Source: Candidatus Eiseniibacteriota bacterium (GTDB lineage Bacteria; Eisenbacteria; RBG-16-71-46; CAIMUX01; VGJL01). From it: a stretch of 64,000 nt of DNA. Location: contig JBHGAY010000019.1 of the NCBI GenBank assembly GCA_041946735.1, positions 49,594 through 113,593 on the forward strand, given 5' to 3'. The position numbers and the translations under genes were made by a program. Numbering within the stretch: position 1 is the first letter of the stretch; the number at the start of each line of letters is the position of its first letter. Below the pieces are notes generated by a model. That model was not told the DNA's origin and ran no database searches. It saw only the letters and a program-made list of their open reading frames with translations. This document shows, piece by piece, positions 31,827-41,969 of the stretch.

Positions 31827-33584
31827 CTATCCCTTGTTCGCGCCGGAGCCGGCCGGCACCCGGTCCGGATAGATCTTCAGCCCCATCTTCTCGCGGGATT
31901 CCTTGACGAGCTGATCGACTCGCTCGCCGGTCTTCTGCTCGTCGAGAATCGTTCGAAGCTGCACGGTCAGCTTCTCGAACGGCTGCATTCCCTCGTGCTC
32001 GCGGTACTGCACCCGGCCGACCGCCCACCCGCGATCGCCGTAGCGCGCCGGCCCGACGATGTCTCCCTGCTCCGCCGCCTTCCCCTTCTCGCACAGATCT
32101 CGCATCTCCTCGGGGATCGTGCCGGAGTAGAGGATCTCGTCGCCGTTCTCCTGAACGAGCACGTCCTGGCGCTTCTTCAGCTCGGTCATCCGATCCGCCC
32201 ACCAGAACGGATCCTTCTTCGCGCTCGCCTCGGCGTAGAACTTCGCCGCCTCGTTAGCCGTCGGGAAGACGACGTGCGCGAGCCGGATCTTCTCGTAGTT
32301 GCGGAAGCGGTCCGGATTCTCCTCGTAATACTTCCGCATCTCGTCCTCGGTGATCGTCACGTCCTTCTTCACCTGCTTCGCGACGAACTGTTCGAGGAGG
32401 ACCTTCTCCTCCTCCATCCGGTTGCTCGCGAGAAGCTTCGGATCCTTGTCGAGGCCGGCGCGGCGCGCGAGGTCGATCTCGACCTGCACCAGCGCCCGGG
32501 TCTCGATCAACCGGACCAGATCCTCCGGCGCCCCTCCGCTCGGCCAGAGCGAGTTGGGGACATCGGGCAGGCCCTCGAGATACTCCCGCAACGTGTAGGT
32601 CTTCCCCTGCAACTTGTAGAGCGGCGTCTTCAGCTCCTCGGGACGGAATGCGGAGAGCGGAGCGGTGCGCAGGCGCGGGACCCCGCGCGGCAGCGGCGGC
32701 TCGTTCTTCTTCAGCGAGTCGTAGTAGGCGGCCATCCGCGTCTGGACCATCGGAAGCGGGTCGCGCAGGACCTCGATCTGCGAGGCGGTCTTCACCGAGT
32801 CGATCCACGAGGTGATCCGCTGCCGGACCCGGATGCGCGTGGCCGTGATGCGCGTGAGACGCTCGAAGTCCGGGTCCTGGCTCCTATCCACCGGCGCGAT
32901 CGAGTCGATCTGCGCGAGCTCGATCCCCTGCATCGTGTGGATGATCGGACTGAGGTACCCCGGCTGCCGGTCCCCCTTCAGCCACAGGTCTTCCGCCATG
33001 TCCGTGTCGACGGTGTAGGGGACCTTCCAGCCGACGTCGCCGCCGAGAGCGGCGGTCTTCGGCTCGAGCGAGTACTTCTTGGCGACCTCGGCGAACGGCG
33101 TTCCCGATTCGACGAGCTTGCGGGCTTCGGCGCTCGCGGAGTCGGACGTCATCAGCATCATCCGCAGCTTCATCTTGCGGCGGAACTTCTCGAGCAGCGG
33201 ATCGAGGCCGGCGCTGTCGCGCTGCACCTTCTGGACCAGGCTGTTCTCGAGCGACTGGAGCAATCGCGCGTCGCGGCCCTGGCGAATCATCTGCGCATAG
33301 TTCGGCTCGAGTCCGCCCGCCTCGCGAGCGAGGCGCAAGAGAATCTCCTTGCTGCCGATCGTCTCGAGGAAGTCGCGCTGCTCTTCGCTCGAGGCGGCGT
33401 CGAAGCTCTGTCCGTCGTGGCTCCGCGCGTAGAGTTCGCGGACCTCCTCCAGCGTCACCTTTCGATCGCCCAGTTCCACGACCACCGGCCCGCCCCCCGC
33501 CCGGTCGGACGTGCAGGCGATCGGCAACAGGACGAGACAGGCGAGAAGCACACTCGGTACAGGAATCAAGCGCAAGAACGACAC
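31827..33584 (-). CDS. Parvulin-type peptidyl-prolyl isomerase / foldase lipoprotein (PrsA/SurA-like)
   Basis: GTG 33584 after AAGGAGG; lipobox-like LPIAC; FAEVAKKYS..GGDVGW rotamase motif; second IRLAHVV domain. Confidence 0.8.
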   Translation of the reverse strand: MSFLRLIPVPSVLLACLVLLPIACTSDRAGGGPVVVELGDRKVTLEEVRELYARSHDGQSFDAASSEEQRDFLETIGSKEILLRLAREAGGLEPNYAQMIRQGRDARLLQSLENSLVQKVQRDSAGLDPLLEKFRRKMKLRMMLMTSDSASAEARKLVESGTPFAEVAKKYSLEPKTAALGGDVGWKVPYTVDTDMAEDLWLKGDRQPGYLSPIIHTMQGIELAQIDSIAPVDRSQDPDFERLTRITATRIRVRQRITSWIDSVKTASQIEVLRDPLPMVQTRMAAYYDSLKKNEPPLPRGVPRLRTAPLSAFRPEELKTPLYKLQGKTYTLREYLEGLPDVPNSLWPSGGAPEDLVRLIETRALVQVEIDLARRAGLDKDPKLLASNRMEEEKVLLEQFVAKQVKKDVTITEDEMRKYYEENPDRFRNYEKIRLAHVVFPTANEAAKFYAEASAKKDPFWWADRMTELKKRQDVLVQENGDEILYSGTIPEEMRDLCEKGKAAEQGDIVGPARYGDRGWAVGRVQYREHEGMQPFEKLTVQLRTILDEQKTGERVDQLVKESREKMGLKIYPDRVPAGSGANKG

Positions 33585-33693
33585 GGGGATGACCTCCTTT
33601 TGCCATTGGGCCCCTTGGGGAGGGCCGCGGTCCATCCTACCGGCAGCGTGGGGAGGGAGTCCACGGCCGGATCGGCGGTTTCGGTCGGGGTTT

Positions 33694-33753
33694 GGCGACG
33701 GCTTCGCAGGCGCCGGTTGCCCAGGCGACGGCTGCGCAGGCGGCAGCTTCGCG
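33694..33753. repeat. Four degenerate 15-bp tandem repeats, intergenic
   Basis: GGCGACGGCTTCGCA GGCGCCGGTTGCCCA GGCGACGGCTGCGCA GGCGGCAGCTTCGCG. Confidence 0.65.
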
Positions 33754-33813
33754 TGGGCCGGCCGGGCAGGGCTGCCGGCCGTGCCGCGTCTGCCAGGGGC
33801 TGCCGGGGTCGCT

Positions 33814-35607
33814 TCAGAAGCGGGTCTCGAGACGGAAGTGCAGGCGCCCGGCGAGCGGGGGTTCGCCCTTGGGAATGCCGTAGTCGAGGCGGATCCAGCC
33901 GCCGGCCCCCCGTACACGAACGCCCGCTCCGTATCCCCAACGCTGCTCCGTCTTGCCGGTCCCCCCCGGCCACGCGCGGAAGAAGGCGCCGTCGGCGAAA
34001 AGGTAGAGCCGGTTTCCCTCGGGAAGGATCCGGATGCCCGGCTCCACGCGAAGACGGCCGTAGCGGAGGGCGCGAAACGCCCCGTCTTCGTATCCGCGCA
34101 GCCCCGCGCTTCCACCGAGGTCGAAGGCGTCGGGCCGCGGGAGGGAGTCCGGTCCCTCGATCCATCCCCCCTCGACTTCGAGGCGGAGGTGCGCCGAGCG
34201 TCCGGCCGGGAAGTTCTCCTCCGCGGTCGCGACGGTCCGCAGGAGCGTCCCTTCTCCGCTGGCGCGGCGCGGCGAGCGGTGCAGATCCCCGCGCTCGATC
34301 TCGATCACGGCGCGATCGCCTCGGGTGGCCGACTCACGCAGCCCGTCGTGGCCCAGCCCGAGGATCGTCGAGACGATCGAGGTGCGGTACGGATCGATCC
34401 CGGACGCGACGTTGCGGCGCGCGGCGAGACCGGCGCGAGCGAAGAAGCCGCTTCCGAGGTCGCCCTCGAGTCCGAGCCGCGCCTGGTCGGACGACCAGGT
34501 CGAGTCCTCGACCTCCTGCGAGAGCGAGGCGTCGGCAGCGACCGGCAGGTTTGCGAGAAACGGCTCCCGGTAGGCGAGGGAAAGCGCGGAGCGGTCGCGC
34601 GTGAGGCGTCGCCACGAGGCGGCCGCGCTGCGGCCGGTGCCGAAGAGGTTGCCGAGTCCCACCTCGAGGTAACCGGACATCGTGCGGCTCTTGCCGTCGT
34701 AGCCGAGGGCGCCGTCGATCCTGTTCTGGGACTGGGGGACGAGGCGGTAGACGAGGACGCCCCCGCTCTCTCCCGCGCGGCGGAGGTAAGGGCCGTCGAC
34801 CTGGCGGAAGAGCCCGCTCCGCTCGATCCGCTCGCGCGCCTCGCGCGCTTCCTCCACCCGGATCGGATCTCCGACCCGCAGCCCCGAGATGCGCGCCAGG
34901 TAGGAGTCGCGCGTCCCTCCGGCCCCTTCGAAGGCGAGCCCGGTCAAGCGCAGGCGTGGGCCGTCGTGCAGGCGCGCGCGCACGCGCATCGACGTGCCGT
35001 CCCCTCCCGCTTCGAGAATCTGGATCGAGGCGAGGGGATGGCCATCCTCCTGCACCTCCTCGAGGAGGCGCGAGATCTCCTCGCCGCGGTGCTCGGGCTC
35101 CCAAAGGCCGGGCCGCGGTCCGTCCGGGGGATCGTCCGAGCCGACCCATTCCCAGCTCGAGAGCCTCGCGGGCTCGAGGCCGCGCAGCGTGAGGCGCGCC
35201 CGCCATCCGGAGACGGAAGTCGAGTCGATTTCCGCCTCGATCTCTCCGTTCCCCCATCCTTCCTCGACGAGGCGGCGGGCGACCGCCTGCGCGAGCGCGA
35301 CGGGATCGATTGCGCGGGCGGCGCTCGCGGGCTGCCCCGGAGCGGCTTCGCGGAGATACGCGGCGGCGGCGTCCTCGGCGGTCGCGCGTGCGCCGGCCGG
35401 GCCGCCCGCGACCTCGATCGCAGCGGCGGCCGCGGCCGAGGCGGCGTCGAGCGGAGTGGCGGCGGCGGCCGCTGCGGGCGCGAGCGCGGCGGGAGCGGAC
35501 GCCACGAGCGCGACGACGAGGACGACCGGAAGGGCATGGGTTCGTGCACTCGCACGGACTCGGGCGGGGACACGCGCGACACGCGCAAGGAGGCGCGCGG
35601 GCCGCAT
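33814..35607 (-). CDS. Omp85 (BamA/TamA-like) outer membrane protein with POTRA domain
   Basis: POTRA-like FEGAGGTRDSYLAR..SGLF, NLFGTGR, LGGSAGLRGY (VRGF-type motif), GYGAGVR, RLDYG, C-terminal Phe. Confidence 0.85.
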   Translation of the reverse strand: MRPARLLARVARVPARVRASARTHALPVVLVVALVASAPAALAPAAAAAATPLDAASAAAAAAIEVAGGPAGARATAEDAAAAYLREAAPGQPASAARAIDPVALAQAVARRLVEEGWGNGEIEAEIDSTSVSGWRARLTLRGLEPARLSSWEWVGSDDPPDGPRPGLWEPEHRGEEISRLLEEVQEDGHPLASIQILEAGGDGTSMRVRARLHDGPRLRLTGLAFEGAGGTRDSYLARISGLRVGDPIRVEEAREARERIERSGLFRQVDGPYLRRAGESGGVLVYRLVPQSQNRIDGALGYDGKSRTMSGYLEVGLGNLFGTGRSAAASWRRLTRDRSALSLAYREPFLANLPVAADASLSQEVEDSTWSSDQARLGLEGDLGSGFFARAGLAARRNVASGIDPYRTSIVSTILGLGHDGLRESATRGDRAVIEIERGDLHRSPRRASGEGTLLRTVATAEENFPAGRSAHLRLEVEGGWIEGPDSLPRPDAFDLGGSAGLRGYEDGAFRALRYGRLRVEPGIRILPEGNRLYLFADGAFFRAWPGGTGKTEQRWGYGAGVRVRGAGGWIRLDYGIPKGEPPLAGRLHFRLETRF

Positions 35608-38600
35608 CAGAAGCTCGCCCGCAGCTCCATCCGCGCGTTGGTGCGCGATGGAGCGCCGTCGGGATCGTCCCAGTCGAGGAGAAGCGAGGCGTCGAGCGAG
35701 CTTCGCAGCCGCACCGCGAGCGTGCCCCGCGCTTCCCATCCGGCCCGCTCGAGCCCGAGGACGCGCGCGCGCGGGCCATCGTGCCAGGTGCGCTTCGCCT
35801 GGAGGTCGAGCCGCATCCGCTCGCGCGGGATCCACTGGACCCCGGGGAGGATCTGCACGATTCGCACGCGATCCCCCTCGGCGGACGCGTGGTGGCGAGT
35901 CCTGCCGATCGTCCCGGCGCGGAGCGTCCACGCCTTGCCGGCCCTCCAGGCGGCGGAGAGCCGGAGCTGCGCCGAGCGCCATCCGTAGGCCGTCTCGGGG
36001 GAAGAAGGGGAGTCGAGCCAGCGCGCGAACTGGAGGTCGCGATCGATCTGCACCTCCTGCTCGAGCGTCCAGCCCTCGCGCGGTGTCGAACGCAACTGGA
36101 GCGCGGCGAGGTCGCGTTCGATCCGCGACGACGCGTTGGAGAGCGCGGAGGAGCGGCTCCGCTCCCGTTCGAGGCGGATCTGCGGGCTGGCCCATCGCGC
36201 GCGCGGCAGCGCGCTCCCTTCCATCCGCAGCCGGTGCGAGGCGAGCGGAACGCCGTCGCGGCGCGCGAGGAGCAGCTGCGGCAGATCGCGCCAGAACGAA
36301 GCGGCCGATCCGGTGGCGCGTGTCGAGAAGCTCGCATAGAGCAGCCAGCGCGAGGACGACCAGAGCCGCGTGGCGAGCGGCACCCCTTCGCGCTCGCCCG
36401 GCCCCTTCGGGACGAAGTCGACCCGCCAGGAGCCATCGAGACGGCGCTCGAGCTGACGCAGTCCCGAAGGAACGAGGACGAGATCGTAGTCGCCGTCGCC
36501 GACGTAGACGCCGAGGGAGTCGTAGCGGCCGGCGCCGGGTCCGACGTAGCGCAGCGAGCGCGACTTCCCTTCCTCCTCGTTCGTGCTCAGGTCGGCACGG
36601 AGCTGCTGGCCGAACCATCCGTCCCCTCGGTCCTGCGACCAGAGAAGCGCCGCGACGTCGGAACGCGTGTCCCCCTCCTCGAGCCGCGTCAGGGTGCGCC
36701 AGGTGTAGCGCGCGTCGAGGAGCTTGCCGGGCGGGCTGTAGGCGGCGTGCGCCTCCCACGTGCGGGCCCGGTCCGAGTCGCGCTCGTCGCCGGCGGCGAT
36801 CGTGCGATCCTGGCGCGCGGTGCGCGAGAGCTCGAAACTGCCGCGCTCCTCCGGCAGGCGGTAGACCGCGCCGAGGCGCCACTCGTCGAAGCCGTTGCCG
36901 CTCGCTGCCCCGGCCTCCCCGTTTCGGGTGCGTTCGCGCCGGAACGCGACCGTCGCCTCGGTCGCGGCGAGACGCCCGCCCAGCATCCCCGAATCGACCG
37001 ATCGCTCGCCGGGCACCTCCGCTCCGCTCGATCGGTCGCGCGTCGTCGCGCGCGCGCGCTCGGCGAAGCCGAAGATCGCGCCGCTGCGCCGGATCCCCAG
37101 GCGGGAGCGCTCGCCTTCGAGATCCCGGCGGTTGGAGAGCGTCTCGTACGCCCCCTCGAGCTGGAATCCCAGCCCCGGCTCCTGCGTGAGGACGGCGGAA
37201 CGCCGGCGATCGCCGCGCGCGAGGCGCTCCTCGGCGACCCCCCATTCGTAACCGGCCCACGATGGATCGACGCGTCCGATCGCGCGGAAGCGATCGTCGC
37301 GATCGCGCGTCTCGATCCGGAAGCCGACCTTGCCGAGCGAGACTCCTCCCGGAGCGAACGGAAGGACGTCGCGGCCGAAGCGCAGGCGCATCGCCCCTCC
37401 GCGTCGGTCGCGATCGTCGCGGCTCGACAGCGTGTTCGGATCGTCCTGCGATCCCGCCGCCTCGATCTCGCCGGAGAGCCCGGACGGACCGATCCAGCCG
37501 GCCTGCAGATCGAGCATGTCGCGTTGCGACGGCCGTGGGACGGCGCGGCCAGGCAGCCAGCGTCCCTGGCGGTAGCCGACGTAGCGGAAGATCGTGTCGC
37601 CGGAAGGCGCGAGGCTGTCGGCATAGTCGCCGTTCTTCTCGCCGACCAGGTCGAACCGGACCCGGCAGGTTCCCTCTCCGCGTCCCACGTAGCGCAGGAA
37701 CCGCACGTCGAGCGTGTCCGCCTCGACCCATTCATAGTCCCCGTCCCCCGGGCTTCCGCATTCCACGCCCGATGCGAGATCGGTCGTCACGCTGTCTCCG
37801 GCCGCCTGGAGCGCGTCGCGTTCGCGGTCGCTCAGCGCTCCTCCCACCGGATGGCCCACGTCGTCCCGCTCGGTGAAGAGGCTCGCGCGGAAGCCCAGCC
37901 CCGGCTCGCGCGAGGAGATCGCGCGGCCGAAGGAGATGTCGGCGGCGTAGGCGTTGCGGCGGTACGGCTGATCGCTCCGCTCGAGATCGACCGTGATGCG
38001 GGAGTCCTTGTCGATCAGGCGGCGCCCGGTGAAGGTGATCGTGCCGGCGGCGTAGTCGATCACGTAGTCGCGGTCCTCGCCCCGCACGAGCAGTTCGCCG
38101 TCGACCCAGACCTTCTCGCTGCCGGCGACGATCGGCGAGTCGAACAGGCGGCCTCCCGACGGAACGAGCCGGTAGGGCCCCTGCTTCCCTTCCTCGCCGA
38201 GAAACTCGAACGAGACGAACTCCCCCGGCACCTGCGCGGCGGCCACCGAAGCGGATGCCGTCCCGCGGCTGCCACGCAACGAGATCCCTTCGAGCTGGCG
38301 CTCGTAGTTGCCGAAGAGCCCGCCCGGCCCGCGAAGCTGGAAGTCGCCGAGGAGCATGCTCGCTCCCCGTCCCTCGACCTGCAGGTAGACGCGATCGAGG
38401 TCGGACAGCTCCGTCGTCCGTCCCTCCGGCTGGAGCGGCGTCTCGCGATCCGAGAGGACGCCGCGCACCGTCACGCCCGGCGCGATCTCGCCGGTCAGCG
38501 CGACGTCGAGCGACTGGCGGAGCGTCAGGTCCTGGGACGATCCGATCTCGAGGCTCACCGTCTTGCTCCCCCGCAGATCGAGACGGGCATGAGAGGGATC

Positions 38601-39047
38601 GTTCGCGCGCCCGGAGGAGCCGCCGCCGGGATCGCGCGGCGCAATCGCCGTGGAGGCCGCGCGCACGCTGTCGAACGGGATCGGCTGCTGGAACACGCGG
38701 CCGATCGCGAGCGGCACGATGCGGTAGGTGACGCGCAACTCTCCCGCTCGCTCACGCGCGCCGGGCACCTTCAGGATCCCTTCGGCCGGCTCGAGCTGGT
38801 AGTCGGCGCCGGCGCGCAGGGTCTCGGCGCCGACCGTCGCGATCAGGCTCCCGGCAACGATCCACCGTTCCGGAAGGTCGAAGCGCGTCGTGTCGGCCGG
38901 GAGCGAGACGGTCCAGATCCGCAGATCGAGCGGGAGGCGCACGTGGGCGCGGCTGGGCGGCGGCGCTACGGAGGAATCGCCGGCCCGTGCGATCCCTCCC
39001 GCGCCGCTCACGAAGGCGAGCAGGAAGAGGAGGCTTCTAGCGCGCGT
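35607..39047 (-). CDS. Very large (about 1,140 aa) outer-membrane beta-barrel protein with SprA-like motifs
   Basis: Signal-like LLFLLAFVSGAGGIARA; two IVAGS...G.DY.....G repeats; extensive amphipathic strands; C-terminal MELRASF. Start is uncertain (ACG after GGAGG). Confidence 0.65.
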   Translation of the reverse strand, partial: TRARSLLFLLAFVSGAGGIARAGDSSVAPPPSRAHVRLPLDLRIWTVSLPADTTRFDLPERWIVAGSLIATVGAETLRAGADYQLEPAEGILKVPGARERAGELRVTYRIVPLAIGRVFQQPIPFDSVRAASTAIAPRDPGGGSSGRANDPSHARLDLRGSKTVSLEIGSSQDLTLRQSLDVALTGEIAPGVTVRGVLSDRETPLQPEGRTTELSDLDRVYLQVEGRGASMLLGDFQLRGPGGLFGNYERQLEGISLRGSRGTASASVAAAQVPGEFVSFEFLGEEGKQGPYRLVPSGGRLFDSPIVAGSEKVWVDGELLVRGEDRDYVIDYAAGTITFTGRRLIDKDSRITVDLERSDQPYRRNAYAADISFGRAISSREPGLGFRASLFTERDDVGHPVGGALSDRERDALQAAGDSVTTDLASGVECGSPGDGDYEWVEADTLDVRFLRYVGRGEGTCRVRFDLVGEKNGDYADSLAPSGDTIFRYVGYRQGRWLPGRAVPRPSQRDMLDLQAGWIGPSGLSGEIEAAGSQDDPNTLSSRDDRDRRGGAMRLRFGRDVLPFAPGGVSLGKVGFRIETRDRDDRFRAIGRVDPSWAGYEWGVAEERLARGDRRRSAVLTQEPGLGFQLEGAYETLSNRRDLEGERSRLGIRRSGAIFGFAERARATTRDRSSGAEVPGERSVDSGMLGGRLAATEATVAFRRERTRNGEAGAASGNGFDEWRLGAVYRLPEERGSFELSRTARQDRTIAAGDERDSDRARTWEAHAAYSPPGKLLDARYTWRTLTRLEEGDTRSDVAALLWSQDRGDGWFGQQLRADLSTNEEEGKSRSLRYVGPGAGRYDSLGVYVGDGDYDLVLVPSGLRQLERRLDGSWRVDFVPKGPGEREGVPLATRLWSSSRWLLYASFSTRATGSAASFWRDLPQLLLARRDGVPLASHRLRMEGSALPRARWASPQIRLERERSRSSALSNASSRIERDLAALQLRSTPREGWTLEQEVQIDRDLQFARWLDSPSSPETAYGWRSAQLRLSAAWRAGKAWTLRAGTIGRTRHHASAEGDRVRIVQILPGVQWIPRERMRLDLQAKRTWHDGPRARVLGLERAGWEARGTLAVRLRSSLDASLLLDWDDPDGAPSRTNARMELRASF

Positions 39048-40050
39048 CGTCCCCTCCCGCGGGGGGCACGATCCGCCAACGGAGAATCTGGCCCCGGGTC
39101 GGATCGGCGCGATAGAGGATCCCCTGGCGATCGACCAGGATCGGGTGGACGCCGGAGGTGCGCTCTCCGCCGGGCGGCACGCCCTCCCAGCGGGGAGGCC
39201 CGCCGCCGCGCGGGAAGATCCGCACCACGCCGCTCGCATCGAGCACGACGATCTCCCCCGCCGGCGTCGTCGCGAGCGAAGCGGGAACGGGGAGCGTCGG
39301 GCCGATCGAGCGCGCCGGCAGGATTCTCCCTTCCGGATCGAGACCGGCGAGACGCGGAGGATCGGCGACGAGGAGGCGGAGCGTGTCGTCCTCGTCGAGC
39401 GCGAGGTCCTCGATGAGGGACGGACGGTCGGGCCCGGCGAGCGCGTCGAGCGGAGCCTCGAGAAAGCGGCCGCGACGGTCGAAGTGCAGCAGGTCGCCGC
39501 TGTGGAGGTCGGCGAGCCACAGGTCGCCCGAGCGGCCGACGATCAGGCGTGAGGCCAGGAATCCTCGCCGCCCGGCGCGCTCGATCTCGCTGGACAGATC
39601 GACCCGGTCGCGAAGGTGGCCGTCGAGATCGAGTAGTGCGATGGCGGGGACGGCGGGATCGAGCAGATAGAGGAACGTGCCGCTCGCAGCGAGATCCGAG
39701 TAGGGAGCGCCGGCCGCGTCGCCCGTCTGGGCGGCCGGGCTGAACGAGAACCCCTCGCCCGCGCTCGGCCCCTCCCGTCCGGGATCGAGGCGCAGGACTC
39801 GGCCGCGTGATCGATCGAGCACCCAGATCCGGTTCAGCGGATCGAGCGCGAGGGCGTGGGGCGTGAGGCGGATCCCGGCCTGCGGATCGCGCGGCGTCAT
39901 CGCCGGCAGCGCGACGAGCGAATCGAGCGCGGCCCGCGCCGTGTCAGCAGCCACCGCATCGGGGCCCGCACCGATCGCCTCAGGCGCTGCAGCAGCCACA
40001 GGGGCGAGCACGGCGAGCAGGAGCGCGAGTCGGAGAAGGACGGGGCGCAT
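39037..40050 (-). CDS. Secreted NHL-like beta-propeller protein
   Basis: Signal peptide MRPVLLRLALLLAVLAPVAAA; repeated PHALALDPLNRIWVLD / GDLWLAD / GILYRAD blades. Confidence 0.65.
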   Translation of the reverse strand: MRPVLLRLALLLAVLAPVAAAAPEAIGAGPDAVAADTARAALDSLVALPAMTPRDPQAGIRLTPHALALDPLNRIWVLDRSRGRVLRLDPGREGPSAGEGFSFSPAAQTGDAAGAPYSDLAASGTFLYLLDPAVPAIALLDLDGHLRDRVDLSSEIERAGRRGFLASRLIVGRSGDLWLADLHSGDLLHFDRRGRFLEAPLDALAGPDRPSLIEDLALDEDDTLRLLVADPPRLAGLDPEGRILPARSIGPTLPVPASLATTPAGEIVVLDASGVVRIFPRGGGPPRWEGVPPGGERTSGVHPILVDRQGILYRADPTRGQILRWRIVPPAGGDDAR

Positions 40051-40106
40051 GCGCAGGAAGGTCGCGCCGAGCGGCAGCCGGCCGCGCGGCGCCGGACGGA
40101 GAGCTG

Positions 40107-40889
40107 CTATCGGAAGCGCAGGGCGAGGCCGATACGCGCAGCCAGCTCGGGATCTCTCGGATCGGCGGAGAGGATCAGCCCCATGGCCGGCTCCTTCCCC
40201 TGGTTGTTCGCGATCCGCACCGCGTCGATCGCCGCCACGAGACGATTCGCCACGGCAATGCCGAGCATGTAGTTCGCGCGCTTGCTCGCCTGCTGGCTGT
40301 CGCTCCGCTTCGCGCGGTAGCGATCCCATTCGGCTGTCGAACTCCACGACCATCGCTGGTCCTCCGGGACCCGGTGGCGCTGGTAATAGTCCTCTCGCGC
40401 CGGAAGATCATCGGGATAGAGGGCCCGGGCGTCGCGCCTCACCTCGTCGTCCACCCAATCCGAAGAGGGGTACCTTCCGAGCTGGCGGTAGTATTCGTCG
40501 GAGTGCCCGCTCGCGTCCTTCACGCCGGCGAACAGCTCCGCCATCTCGATGTAGCTGTCCTTCCGCAGGTGGGACTGGACCTCGAACACTCCGAACCCGC
40601 CCCAGATTCCCGCTTCCGTTCCAAGGAAGATGGCGCCCCGCGTCTCGCGCCCCAGCGCGCGGTGGCCCAGCCCCGGGACGAGAAGCGACAGCCCGAGGAC
40701 CTTCAGGCGGGACGGCGGATCGTGCGATCCCAGCGCGGCCGCATCGCTCGCCTGCGGCGCTACCGCCCCCGATCCACCCAACAGCCCGCCGAGGAGCAGC
40801 GCCAGCGGCGCCAGGATCTTGAGCCTCGGAGTGAGCCTCGGGGAGCGCCTCGGGGTCACCATCGGAGAGAGCCTCGAGCGGCCGCTCAC
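40107..40889 (-). CDS. Hypothetical envelope protein, paralog of the upstream gene (DUF5683-like SxxxPGxG motif)
   Basis: SLLVPGLGHRALG...FLGTE, YYRQLGRY, YRAKRSDS, NRLVAAIDA; GTGA overlap with the upstream gene. Confidence 0.6.
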   Translation of the reverse strand: MSGRSRLSPMVTPRRSPRLTPRLKILAPLALLLGGLLGGSGAVAPQASDAAALGSHDPPSRLKVLGLSLLVPGLGHRALGRETRGAIFLGTEAGIWGGFGVFEVQSHLRKDSYIEMAELFAGVKDASGHSDEYYRQLGRYPSSDWVDDEVRRDARALYPDDLPAREDYYQRHRVPEDQRWSWSSTAEWDRYRAKRSDSQQASKRANYMLGIAVANRLVAAIDAVRIANNQGKEPAMGLILSADPRDPELAARIGLALRFR

Positions 40890-41908
40890 CAGCGCTTCCT
40901 CACGCGCAGGGCAGCGCGCGGCCTCTCCAGCGAGCCGCCGAAGTCGAGCTCGAGGTCCGTCCCCTGGGCGATCTTCAGCCGCGCGCCGCGCGCGGTCCGG
41001 TAGGCGTCGACCGCCGAGACGACGCGGTTCAAGAACGCGAACGTCGTCGCAAAGCGCGCCTTGTCGAGGTAGGAGTTGCTGTCGTCGCGCATGCTGCGGT
41101 ACTCGCCCCGGTTCGGCGAGATCACGATCGCGTTGGGATCGGCGGGACAGGGAAAGTCGTCCCATCCCCCGCGGTAGGCTTCGAGCTTGCCGATGTCCTC
41201 GTAGTAGTGCTGGTAGTTCTCCTCGTCGAGAAAGTGGATCAGCGTGGACTCCGCATCGGCCCGGTTCACTCCCGGCGGGATCGCGGTCAGGCAGCTGTCG
41301 GCCGTGGCGCGCCAGCGGTCGAGATCCCAGTGGCGGCGGGCGTACGCCTCGTACTCCCCTTCCTTCTTGTTCCCCGCGTCGAGCCAGGCGAAATGCGCGA
41401 TCCACGCCATCGTCTCGGCGCCGAGATAGGCGAAGGCGCGGTTGCGTCCCTCCAGGAGCTGGCCGGCGCCCGGCAGGATCGCGCTCGCGAGGAACGCGAG
41501 GCCCGGCGAAACGCGGGACGCTCGATCCACCGTCTCCACCCTGCCGGTCATCACTTCCCCGGCCGACGGGCCGCCCGCCTGCGCGAGATCGCGGCGGTAG
41601 CCTTCCTCGGCGCTGCGAAGCCACCGGTCGCGAGCGCTCGAGGCGAGAGCGAATGCGAGTGCCGACCGAGAGGAACGAGGACCGGATGCGCCGTCCTGCG
41701 CGCTCGCCATCGCCGCGTCTTCCGCGGCACGCGCGTTCGCGCTCGACCCGGCGCACCAGCCGGCGAGAGCGGGAAGGAGCGCCGCGAGCACCAGGCAAAG
41801 CGACGGTCGCCCAGACCCGCGAATCCCGCGGAGCCGTCGCGCGGTAGCAGCGATGATTCGCCTTCCGGCCATGCCGCCGATCTTACGGGCCGCGCTCACT
41901 CCTGCCAA
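40886..41908 (-). CDS. Hypothetical envelope protein (DUF5683-like SxxxPGxG motif)
   Basis: SAILPGAGQLLEG...YLGAE, YYEDIGK, YRSMRDDS, NRVVSAVDA. Start is uncertain. Confidence 0.6.
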   Translation of the reverse strand: MAGVSAARKIGGMAGRRIIAATARRLRGIRGSGRPSLCLVLAALLPALAGWCAGSSANARAAEDAAMASAQDGASGPRSSRSALAFALASSARDRWLRSAEEGYRRDLAQAGGPSAGEVMTGRVETVDRASRVSPGLAFLASAILPGAGQLLEGRNRAFAYLGAETMAWIAHFAWLDAGNKKEGEYEAYARRHWDLDRWRATADSCLTAIPPGVNRADAESTLIHFLDEENYQHYYEDIGKLEAYRGGWDDFPCPADPNAIVISPNRGEYRSMRDDSNSYLDKARFATTFAFLNRVVSAVDAYRTARGARLKIAQGTDLELDFGGSLERPRAALRVRKRW

Positions 41909-41969
41909 CCCGCCTCCCGTCGCTCCCCGCGATGCTCCCCGCGCCGCCGCCTCGCCCCGCGCGTCTCGA

